Assembly: GCA_039680665.1 (NCBI GenBank) | Contig: JBDKSM010000143.1 | Coordinates: 31,050 to 95,049 of the forward strand | Reading direction: 5' to 3' | Source of the DNA: Syntrophaceae bacterium | GTDB lineage: Bacteria; Desulfobacterota; Desulfomonilia; UBA1062 | DNA length: 64,000 nucleotides | Shown here: piece by piece, positions 36,643-44,748 of the stretch | How the letters are laid out: every line of letters starts with the position of its first letter | How positions within the stretch are numbered: the stretch's first letter is position 1 | The notes under the pieces: generated by a model | Seen by the model: the letters and a program-made list of their open reading frames with translations, nothing else | What the model was told of the DNA's origin: nothing | The model's database searches: none | Made by a program: the position numbers and the translations under genes

Positions 36643-38508
36643 TTAGGCTGCAAAACTCTCTTGAGCGATCTCCGCTATGGAGAGGTCTTCGCTCTTGATG
36701 GCCTTGGCTGCGGCTTCCACCTCGGGCAGCACGTTCTTGATGAAATATTGCGCCCCGGAGAGTTTACCGGCATAATAGGCCGCATCCTGATTTTCCTTGA
36801 TAAAGCCCTTCCAGGCCTCCTGATCCTGCCTGCTTGCTCCTTTGGCTTGCGCCAAGGCGTCCAGCTGAGTGTGCGCGATGCCGGCCTGCCAAAGCAGGAG
36901 CCAGGCCGAAACCACCTTGCCCATCAGCATCAGGAACGGATAGGCCTGTGAGATAGGGATCAAAAATTTGCCTTCCTTGCCGCACTGGCCGAAGAAGAGC
37001 ACCAGATCGGTCAAGGTGTTCATGCTGCCCTGAAAATCCTCAGTCAAGTCCTTCAATACAGGGATGTCCTTGGTCTTGGAAATCATGGCCTGCATCTCGC
37101 CGATCAGCGTCATGAAATAGGCGCCTTTCTTCATCCCGAGCTTGCGGCCAATGAGATCCAGGGCCTGGATGCCGTTGGCGCCTTCGTAAATGGAGGCGAT
37201 CTTCACGTCGCGCAGGTACTGCTCGATGGGGTATTCGGCGCAAAAACCATAGCCTCCGTGCACCTGCATGGCGTTCTCGACCACCCGGAAGGCAATATCC
37301 GATCCATAGGCCTTGATGATCGGGGTGAGCACCTCCAGAAGCCCCTGCCATTTGTCCTTGCCGGCTTCATCTTGAGCGACATGCGCCTTATCGATGCAGT
37401 ACCCGATGAAGTAGGCCATGGCCCGCAGGCTCTCGACATTGGTCTTCATCCACAAGAGCATGCGGCGCACGTCCAGATGCTCGATGATCGGCACGCGCGG
37501 GGCATCGGCGTTCTTGAACTCCAGAATGGCGGCACCCTGCTGGCGCTCCTTGGCGTACTTGAGGGCATGCAGATAGGCGATGGAAGCGGCCGCCAGGCTC
37601 TGCAAACCGACCCCCAGCCTTGCCTCGTTCATCATCTGGAACATGACCTTCATGCCGTCGCGCTCCTGTCCAAGGAGTTCGCCGTAGCAATCACCGTTGT
37701 CGCCGAAATTCATCACGCAGGTGGCGCTGGCATGCAAGCCCATTTTCTCTTCGATCTTGGCGATCTCGTAATCATTGCGCCGGCCCAGGCTGCCGTCGGC
37801 GTTCACGATGTACTTGGGCACGAGAAAAATGGAAATGCCCTTGGTGCCGGCCGGGTCCCCTTCGATGCGGGCCAGCACCGGGTGGATGATGTTCTCGGTC
37901 AGGTCCTGGTCAGCCGAGGAGATGAACTGCTTGGTACCCTGGATACGATAGGTACCGTCCGGCAGGCGAAAGGCCTTGGTGGACAGATTGCCTACATCGC
38001 TGCCGGCATTGGGTTCCGTCAGACACATGGTGCCGCCCCACTCTCCGCTCACCATCTTGGGAAGGTATTTTTGCTTTTGCTCTTCGGTGCCGTACACCTC
38101 GATCAGGTGGGCGGCACCTTCCGCCAGTCCCGGGTTCACGACGAAGGCGAAGTTGTGCAAAAACCATTCATGCGCCGCCCCGCGGACAACGGCGGGAAGG
38201 CCCTGACCGCCGATCTCGGTCGGGAATCCCATGGCGTTCCAGCCGCCCTGACAGTAAAGCTTGTAAGGTCGCTGATAACACTTCGGCAAATACACCTGTC
38301 CATCGACCAGCCGGCAGCCCTCACGGTCGGCCTCGGCCATGATGGGGTACAGCTCCTCGCTTGCGAGCTTTTCGGCCTCGGTAAGGATCATGTCAAAGGT
38401 TCCCTTCGAAAAATCCACATATGGCATTTCCGTGCAGAGCTCTTCCACGTTCAGCATTTCATGCAGGATAAATCGCTGATCCCTTGCATCCACGATAAGA
38501 CTTGCCAT
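36643..38508 (-). CDS. large acyl-CoA dehydrogenase with N- and C-terminal extension domains (FadE5/DmdC-like architecture)
   Basis: The N-terminus LIVDARDQRFILHEML resembles the AcylCoA_DH_N domain. Core motifs LTEPNAGSD and the canonical ASIYEGANGIQ are present, followed by a ~150-aa C-terminal helical extension. Start at MASLIV (ATG complement 38506-38508) with SD AAGGAGGTG. Confidence 0.85.
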   Translation of the reverse strand: MASLIVDARDQRFILHEMLNVEELCTEMPYVDFSKGTFDMILTEAEKLASEELYPIMAEADREGCRLVDGQVYLPKCYQRPYKLYCQGGWNAMGFPTEIGGQGLPAVVRGAAHEWFLHNFAFVVNPGLAEGAAHLIEVYGTEEQKQKYLPKMVSGEWGGTMCLTEPNAGSDVGNLSTKAFRLPDGTYRIQGTKQFISSADQDLTENIIHPVLARIEGDPAGTKGISIFLVPKYIVNADGSLGRRNDYEIAKIEEKMGLHASATCVMNFGDNGDCYGELLGQERDGMKVMFQMMNEARLGVGLQSLAAASIAYLHALKYAKERQQGAAILEFKNADAPRVPIIEHLDVRRMLLWMKTNVESLRAMAYFIGYCIDKAHVAQDEAGKDKWQGLLEVLTPIIKAYGSDIAFRVVENAMQVHGGYGFCAEYPIEQYLRDVKIASIYEGANGIQALDLIGRKLGMKKGAYFMTLIGEMQAMISKTKDIPVLKDLTEDFQGSMNTLTDLVLFFGQCGKEGKFLIPISQAYPFLMLMGKVVSAWLLLWQAGIAHTQLDALAQAKGASRQDQEAWKGFIKENQDAAYYAGKLSGAQYFIKNVLPEVEAAAKAIKSEDLSIAEIAQESFAA

Positions 38509-38714
38509 GTACACCTCCTTACTACACATCAATTAGATTGACTACTCAATCATTATGATAATCTCGTCCGTGACCCCTGTCAAGCTTCAGTTGTTCTTTT
38601 TATTTCATAGGCAGACCATTTATTGATTATATCTATCTATTATTATTGTATTATTAATTATCTGATATTATACAGCCACGCCATTCATTATTTTATCGCG
38701 TTCTCTAATTGTGA

Positions 38715-38744
38715 TTGACGAATCATTTTTTGGTATGCTATAGA
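38715..38744 (+). promoter_or_regulatory. candidate sigma70 promoter with extended -10 for the plus-strand beta-oxidation operon
   Basis: TTGACG (38715-38720), 18-nt spacer, TGcTATAGA (38736-38744). The -35 element is embedded in the inverted repeat TGATT-gacg-AATCA (38712-38725). Confidence 0.4.
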
Positions 38745-38807
38745 GTTTTTATGATCTTTTAATCCGTTCAGCTTTAATGCGTTGATCACTGAGAAAGGGG
38801 GTATGAA

Positions 38808-39959
38808 ATGTCGTTGCTTGATGCGCACTATACACAAGAGCACAACATCTTTCGTGAATCGGCCAAGCGGTTTTTCGAGCGGGAGCTATCGCCCAATGTC
38901 GAGCAGTGGGAAAAAGACGGGATCGTACCGCGCGAGCTCTGGAAAAAGTTCGGGGGGCAAGGATTCCTCTGCCCCTGGTTGCCGGAGGATTACGGCGGGG
39001 TGGGAGCTGATTTTCTCTACAGCTGCATCTTGATGGAAGAGTGCGCCAAAACCCATTGCGGAGGCTTCTTCTTTGTCCTGCATACCGATGTGGTCGTTCC
39101 CTATATCTATCATTTTGGGAGCGAGGAACAAAAGAAGCGTTATCTGCCCGGTTGCGCCACGGGAGATATCATCACGGCCGTAGCCATGACCGAGCCCAAT
39201 GCCGGTTCAGACCTGGCCGCCATCCGCACCACGGCGGTCAAGGAGAACGGCCATTATATCCTGAACGGCCAGAAGACCTTCATATCCAACGGGTTCCTCT
39301 CCAACCTGGTGGTTGTGGCGGCTAAGACCGATACCAAGGCCAATCCCCCCTATACTGGCATCTCCCTATTCCTGGTCGAGGACGGCACGCCCGGCTTCGA
39401 GCGCGGCCGCAAGCTTGAAAAGGTGGGGCTGCATTCCCAGGACACCGGCGAAATGGCCTTCGTGGACTGCAAGATTCCGAAGGAGAATCTGCTGGGCGAG
39501 GAAGGCAAGGGCTTTCAATATCTGATGGACCGCCTGATGGATGAGCGCATCGTGGCCGCTATGGGTTCCCAGGTCGCGGCCGAAGAGGCCATGCGGCTCA
39601 CCGTCGACTTCACCAAGAACCGCGAAGTCTTCGGCCGACCCATCAGCCGCCATCAGTACATATCCTTTGAGCTGGCCAAGCTCGCCACCGAGGTCGCGGT
39701 GGGCCGCTCGTTCGTGGACGACCTGGTTCTGATGCACTTAAACGGCCAGAAAGACATCATGAAGGCCTCCATGGCCAAGTACTGGGTCACGGAAATGTTC
39801 AACCGTGTGGTGGCACAATGCCTCCAGTTCCACGGCGGGTACGGCTACATGGAAGAGTACCCCATTGCGCGCATGTTCCGGGATGCCCGGGTCCAGACCA
39901 TTTATGCCGGCAGTTCCGAAATCATGCTGCTGATCATCAGCCGCTGCATGGGTTTGTGA
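38808..39959 (+). CDS. acyl-CoA dehydrogenase (IVD/LCAD-type catalytic base placement)
   Basis: MTEPNAGSDLA and NGQKTFISNG are present. The C-terminus reads IYAGSSEIM (no Glu in the YEG position), but a Glu sits in DTGEMAFVDCKIP at the IVD/LCAD-type position. Confidence 0.9.
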   Translation: MSLLDAHYTQEHNIFRESAKRFFERELSPNVEQWEKDGIVPRELWKKFGGQGFLCPWLPEDYGGVGADFLYSCILMEECAKTHCGGFFFVLHTDVVVPYIYHFGSEEQKKRYLPGCATGDIITAVAMTEPNAGSDLAAIRTTAVKENGHYILNGQKTFISNGFLSNLVVVAAKTDTKANPPYTGISLFLVEDGTPGFERGRKLEKVGLHSQDTGEMAFVDCKIPKENLLGEEGKGFQYLMDRLMDERIVAAMGSQVAAEEAMRLTVDFTKNREVFGRPISRHQYISFELAKLATEVAVGRSFVDDLVLMHLNGQKDIMKASMAKYWVTEMFNRVVAQCLQFHGGYGYMEEYPIARMFRDARVQTIYAGSSEIMLLIISRCMGL

Positions 39960-40077
39960 AGGCGCAGGCGTCGCGCCCTCGGTCCCAGAGCCACAGGGCG
40001 CGCTGAATTGAACAAGCAGGCAAGACGCTCGGAAAGACAACGGGCTTAAAGTACATTACGAAAAAGGAGGTATTCAT

Positions 40078-41541
40078 ATGGTTGGTATCTGTTCGTATGG
40101 GGGATATATCCCCCGTTATCGGCTGAGTCGCATGACGATCGTCCAAAATATGGCCTGGTATTTCCCCGTCATTATGGCCGTTTCCCAGGGTGAAAAATCG
40201 GTCGCCAATTGGGATGAGGATGCCTTGAGCATGGCGGTCTCCGCAGCCTATGACTGTATGACCGGCAAGGATCGCAAGATCCTGGGGGGGGTATATCTCG
40301 CCTCCACCACCCTACCCTTTGCCGATCGCCTCAATGCCGGCATCCTGGCCACGGCGCTCAACGCCTCGGAACAAGATGTGATCAACGCCGACTTCAGTGC
40401 CTGTCTCAAGTCGGGCACCACGGCCACGATCGCCGCCGTGGAGGCGGTGAAATCCGGCGAGCGCGATAATATCCTGGTGGCGGCATCGGATCTGCGCACC
40501 ACCAAGATAGCAACGATGTATGAGATGTTCCTGGGTGATGGAGCGGCTGCCCTTCTGATCGGCAGTGAAGATGTGATTGCCGAATTCAAGGGCTCCTATT
40601 CCATCAATTGTGATTTCATCGATCATTATCGGGCCAGGGACAAAAATTTCGATTATGGCTGGGAGGAACGCTGGGTCCGTGATGAGGGCTATGGCAAGAT
40701 TATTCCCGATGCCATAGGCGGCTTCCTGAAAAAGAGCGGCATGGCTATCACGGATTTTGCCAAGATCATCTACCCCTGTTACTTCACCGGGACGCACCGG
40801 GATATCGCCAAAAAGCTCGGGATAGACCCGACCAAGGCCCAGGACAATATGCACACGGTTTGCGGCGATACGGGCAGTGCCCACCCCTTGATCATGTTGA
40901 TTGCCGCCCTGGAAAAGGCCCAGCCGGGTGATAAATTCCTGATGTGCAGTTTCGGGCAGGGTTGCGACGTCCTGTGTTTTGAGGCCACCGATAAGATCAA
41001 ATCCTTCAAGGGTCCCAAGGGCATCAGCGGCGCCTTGGCCAATAAGGAAGCCCTGGTTAATTATCAGAAATATACCAAATTCAGGGATCTGCTCGTCGCC
41101 GACCTAGGCATTCGGGGCGAGGCCAATCCCAATACCTCACTGACCGCGCTGTGGCGCAACCGGAACATGATTATGGGCATCAAAGGGGTGAAATGCAAGC
41201 AATGCGGTACGGTCCAGTTCCCGCCCACGGCCATGTGTGTCAATCCCGACTGTAATGCCATTCGTGAGTTCAATGATCATGAGTTTGCCGACAAACAGGC
41301 CGAAGTGCTGATGTTCACCGGTGACATGCTCTCGCCCTCGGTTGATCCACCCGCAGTCTATGGCCTGGTGGCCATGGAGGGCGGCGGCAGGATCCTGGTC
41401 GATTTTACGGACTGTGACCTGAACAAGGTCAAGGTGGGGCAGAAGGCCAATTTGTCGTTTAGAAAACGGCAGACCGACGATCTTAGGGGCTTTACCGGGT
41501 ATTTCTGGAAGGCGATTCCCGTGACGGAAGGAGGTGCGTAA
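40078..41541 (+). CDS. archaeal-type HMG-CoA-synthase-like condensing-enzyme domain fused to a C-terminal DUF35 (zinc-ribbon + OB-fold) domain
   Basis: The N-terminus MVGICSYGGYIPRYRL...WDEDALSMAVSAA...FSACLKSGTTA resembles the COG3425 HMGCS Glu/Cys signatures. The C-terminus GVKCKQCGTVQFPPTAMCVNPDC...VYGLVAMEGGGRILV is DUF35-like. SD AAGGAGG. Confidence 0.75.
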   Translation: MVGICSYGGYIPRYRLSRMTIVQNMAWYFPVIMAVSQGEKSVANWDEDALSMAVSAAYDCMTGKDRKILGGVYLASTTLPFADRLNAGILATALNASEQDVINADFSACLKSGTTATIAAVEAVKSGERDNILVAASDLRTTKIATMYEMFLGDGAAALLIGSEDVIAEFKGSYSINCDFIDHYRARDKNFDYGWEERWVRDEGYGKIIPDAIGGFLKKSGMAITDFAKIIYPCYFTGTHRDIAKKLGIDPTKAQDNMHTVCGDTGSAHPLIMLIAALEKAQPGDKFLMCSFGQGCDVLCFEATDKIKSFKGPKGISGALANKEALVNYQKYTKFRDLLVADLGIRGEANPNTSLTALWRNRNMIMGIKGVKCKQCGTVQFPPTAMCVNPDCNAIREFNDHEFADKQAEVLMFTGDMLSPSVDPPAVYGLVAMEGGGRILVDFTDCDLNKVKVGQKANLSFRKRQTDDLRGFTGYFWKAIPVTEGGA

Positions 41542-42762
41542 ATGGCAAGCGGTATTAAGGATAAGGTAGCGATCATCGGCATGGGCTGTACCAAATTCGG
41601 TGAACGCTGGGACAAGGGCGCGGATGATTTGATGCTGGATGCCTTTCAGGAGGCCCTGGCGGACGCCGGTATCGATAAAAATCAGATTCAGGCCGCCTGG
41701 TTCGGGAACTGCTTCGACGAGGTAGCGGTGGGCAAGAGCGCCCTGCCGGCCTCTTTGAGCCTGCGTCTGAATAATATCGCGGTCACCCGCGTGGAGAACT
41801 TCTGCGCCAGCGGCACCGAGGCCTTTCGCGGCGCGGTCTATGCCGTGGCCTCCGGGGCCTATGACATCGCCCTGGCCATCGGGGTCGAGAAGCTCAAGGA
41901 TATCGGCTACGGCGGCCTGCCCGAGTTCGGCTCGGCCATGGGGTCATTAACCGGTCAGTGGTTCCCCAATATGACCGCGCCGGGCGGTTTCGCCATGCTG
42001 GCCAGTGGATATTCCTCCAAATACAAAATTGATATATCGGAAATTAAGCGCGCCATGGCACATGTATCCGTCAAGAGTCATGCCAACGGCGTGAAGAGTC
42101 CCAAAGCTCACCTCAGGAAAGCGGTCACCGAAGAGCAGGTCCTGAATTCGCCCATGGTGGCCTACCCGCTGGGGCTGTTCGATTGCTGCGGCGTGAGCGA
42201 CGGCAGCGCCTGTGCCATCGTCACCACCCCCGAGATCGCCAGGTCACTGGGTAAAAAAGACCTGATCTCGGTCAAGGCCTTACAGCTCTCTTTGAGCAAC
42301 GGCCAGGAGTTCCAATACCACACCTGGGACGGCGCCCATTTCGTGACCACCTCCAAGGCCAGCAAGCAGGCCTACGAGGAGGCCGGGATCAAGAACCCGC
42401 GCAAGGAAATCAGCCTGATGGAGGTGCATGACTGCTTCTCCATCACCGAGCTGGTCACCATGGAGGACCTGCATATCTCAGAGCGCGGCAAGGCCCCCAA
42501 GGACATCATGGACGGCTTCTACGACGCGGACGGCAAGATCCCCTGCCAGATCGACGGCGGGCTCAAATGCTTCGGACACCCGATCGGCGCCTCGGGCCTG
42601 CGCATGCTCTATGAGATCTACAACCAGATTCTGGGACGCGCCGGTGAGCGGCAGCTCAAGGACCCGAAGCTGGGGTTGACCCATAACCTGGGCGGCTTCC
42701 CGCTCATGAACGTCTGCAGCGTCGCCATCGTGGGCCGCTATAACGGCGGCAAGGGGGTGTAA
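41542..42762 (+). CDS. SCP-x/nonspecific-lipid-transfer-type thiolase
   Basis: VAIIGMGCTKFGERW, nucleophile region ENFCASGTEAF, and GGLKCFGHPIGASGLRMLYE. The ATG directly follows the upstream TAA; SD GGAAGGAGGTG. Confidence 0.9.
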   Translation: MASGIKDKVAIIGMGCTKFGERWDKGADDLMLDAFQEALADAGIDKNQIQAAWFGNCFDEVAVGKSALPASLSLRLNNIAVTRVENFCASGTEAFRGAVYAVASGAYDIALAIGVEKLKDIGYGGLPEFGSAMGSLTGQWFPNMTAPGGFAMLASGYSSKYKIDISEIKRAMAHVSVKSHANGVKSPKAHLRKAVTEEQVLNSPMVAYPLGLFDCCGVSDGSACAIVTTPEIARSLGKKDLISVKALQLSLSNGQEFQYHTWDGAHFVTTSKASKQAYEEAGIKNPRKEISLMEVHDCFSITELVTMEDLHISERGKAPKDIMDGFYDADGKIPCQIDGGLKCFGHPIGASGLRMLYEIYNQILGRAGERQLKDPKLGLTHNLGGFPLMNVCSVAIVGRYNGGKGV

Positions 42763-42766
42763 AGGT

Positions 42767-43216
42767 ATGGCGGACATGAGCAAGATCGGCAAGGAGTACC
42801 CGGCCGTCATCTGGGAGGTGGAGCGGGGTAAGATCCGCGAGATGGCTACGGCCATCGGCGATAGCAACCTGATCTTCAGAGATAAGGCAGCGGCGGTCAA
42901 GGAAGGGTATAAGGACACCCCCATCACCCCGACCTATCTGACCGTGCCGGCCATGGGTGGCGGCAACATGCTCACCCTCGTGGGCGATCTGGGCATCAAC
43001 TTCGCCATGGTGTTGCACGGCGAGGAGGAATACGAGTTCTTGGGCGATATCTATCCCGGCGATGTGATCACCGGAAAATGTCGCATCGTGAATATCGAGG
43101 AAAAAACAACCAAGAAAGGTTCGAAAATGGACCTCGTCACCACCGAAGTCCTGTACAAGAACCAGCGCGGCGAAGACGTAGCCAGGGCCCGAACGGTCAT
43201 CGTCGAGCGCAAGTAG
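42767..43216 (+). CDS. MaoC-N/FAS1-like dehydratase half (hot-dog, non-catalytic-type subunit)
   Basis: WEVERGKIREMATAIGDSNLIF matches the ErGkIReFA.AiGD.NP signature of MaoC_dehydrat_N-type proteins. Confidence 0.75.
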   Translation: MADMSKIGKEYPAVIWEVERGKIREMATAIGDSNLIFRDKAAAVKEGYKDTPITPTYLTVPAMGGGNMLTLVGDLGINFAMVLHGEEEYEFLGDIYPGDVITGKCRIVNIEEKTTKKGSKMDLVTTEVLYKNQRGEDVARARTVIVERK

Positions 43217-43227
43217 GGAGGTGGAAG

Positions 43228-43659
43228 ATGGCACAAGATCTCTATTTCGAAGATGTTCAGGTCGGCCAGGCGATGCCGTCCTTGACCAAGGGCCCGGTAG
43301 CCAAGCTCCAGCTGGTCATGTATGCCGGGGCCTCCGGCGATTTCAACCCCCTGCACACGGACGATGATTTTGCCAAGGCCGTGGGCATGCCCGGGGTCAT
43401 CGCGCACGGGATGCTGATCATGGGCTTTGTGGGCCAGGCCATCACGGACTGGATCCCGCGCAAGAACCTCAAGAAACTGGGCGTGCGTTTCGCCGGCATG
43501 ACCTTTCCGGGCGAGACCATCACCGTTACCGGTGCGGTCACGGACAAACGCAAGGAGAACGGCAGCAACCTCATCACCTGTGAGGTCACGGCCGTGGATC
43601 AGAACGGCGGGGTCAAGGTATCGGGAAGCTTTGTTGCAGCCCTGCCCAGCCGAGGATAA
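43228..43659 (+). CDS. MaoC-like (R)-specific enoyl-CoA hydratase subunit
   Basis: Hydratase-2 motif YAGASGDFNPLHTDDDFAK..G.PGVIAHGML. Start at MAQDLYFEDV with SD GGGAGGTGG. Confidence 0.85.
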   Translation: MAQDLYFEDVQVGQAMPSLTKGPVAKLQLVMYAGASGDFNPLHTDDDFAKAVGMPGVIAHGMLIMGFVGQAITDWIPRKNLKKLGVRFAGMTFPGETITVTGAVTDKRKENGSNLITCEVTAVDQNGGVKVSGSFVAALPSRG

Positions 43660-43719
43660 TGCACCGTTTGTTCAGAAACTGCAGATACGCACATATTACG
43701 AAACGAAAGGAGAAAAACC

Positions 43720-44631
43720 ATGTCAGATAAAATCGATTTTACCAACCGCGTCGCTATTGTAACCGGAGCGGGCGCCGGTCTCGGACGTCAGCATGCCCTT
43801 GAGCTCGCCAAGCGCGGGGCCAAGGTGGTGGTCAACGACTTGGGCGGCAGCCGCGACGGTGTGGGCTCGGACGATGCGGCCGCCAAGAAGGTCGCGGAAG
43901 AGATCAAGGCCGCAGGCGGCATCGCGGTGCCCAATTATGACAGCGTATCCACCCCCGAAGGCGGCGAGAATATCGTCAAGGCCGCTGTTGAAAACTTCGG
44001 CAAGGTGGACATCCTCATCAACAACGCCGGGATCCTGCGCGACAAGTCCTTCACCAATATGGAGGAGTCCAACTGGGATGCGGTGGTGGGGGTCCATCTC
44101 AAGGGCGCCTACTGCGTGACCAAACCGGCCTTTATCAACATGAAGGCGGGCGGCTATGGCCGCATCGTCATGACCACCTCCGGGGCAGGGCTCTTCGGCA
44201 ACTTCGGTCAGGCCAACTATGCCGCGGCCAAGATGGGTATCGTGGGATTGACGAACGTGCTGAAAATCGAAGGGGCCAAATACAACATCAAGACCAACAT
44301 CCTGGCGCCGATTGCCGCCTCGCGCCTTACCGAGGATGTCATGCCGCCGGAGTTCTTCGCAAAGATGAAGCCCGACTACGTCACCGCGCTGGTGCTCTAC
44401 CTCTGCTCCGAACAGTGCCAGGACTCTGGGCTTATCCTTAATGCCGCACTGGGTTACTACAGCCGTACGGCCATTGTTACCGGCCCGGGCGCCATCCTGT
44501 CCAAGAACCACGAGGTCCCCAGCCCTGAGTGCATCATGGAGAAGTGGGGCGACATCACCAAACTGGAGAATGCCCGACCGTTCAATCAGCTCAACGATAT
44601 CTTCGGGGAGTTCGCCCCGCTGCTGCAGTAG
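43720..44631 (+). CDS. short-chain dehydrogenase/reductase of the MFE-2/Hsd4A type (3-hydroxyacyl-CoA dehydrogenase)
   Basis: VAIVTGAGAGLGRQHALELAKRGAKVVVNDLGG...NNAGILRD...YAAAKMG. The N-terminal pattern is that of peroxisomal multifunctional enzyme 2 dehydrogenase domains. Confidence 0.85.
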   Translation: MSDKIDFTNRVAIVTGAGAGLGRQHALELAKRGAKVVVNDLGGSRDGVGSDDAAAKKVAEEIKAAGGIAVPNYDSVSTPEGGENIVKAAVENFGKVDILINNAGILRDKSFTNMEESNWDAVVGVHLKGAYCVTKPAFINMKAGGYGRIVMTTSGAGLFGNFGQANYAAAKMGIVGLTNVLKIEGAKYNIKTNILAPIAASRLTEDVMPPEFFAKMKPDYVTALVLYLCSEQCQDSGLILNAALGYYSRTAIVTGPGAILSKNHEVPSPECIMEKWGDITKLENARPFNQLNDIFGEFAPLLQ

Positions 44632-44748
44632 CGGTGGAGATACAATGCCCTGGGCTGTCCAGGGCCGGCCTTAATGTAATTCAATCCATGGCCCTGCCTC
44701 ATGGCGGGGCCATGGGAAACTGTTCTCAATGAGAGAAGGGGGTGCATT

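Noticed and set aside
38728-38745. Possible sigma54 promoter (TGGTATGCTATAG) in the divergent AT-rich region
   Set aside because: The spacing between GG and the nearest GC does not fit the -24/-12 rule (10 nt between the dinucleotides), and TTGC is absent. A sigma70 extended -10 reading fits better.
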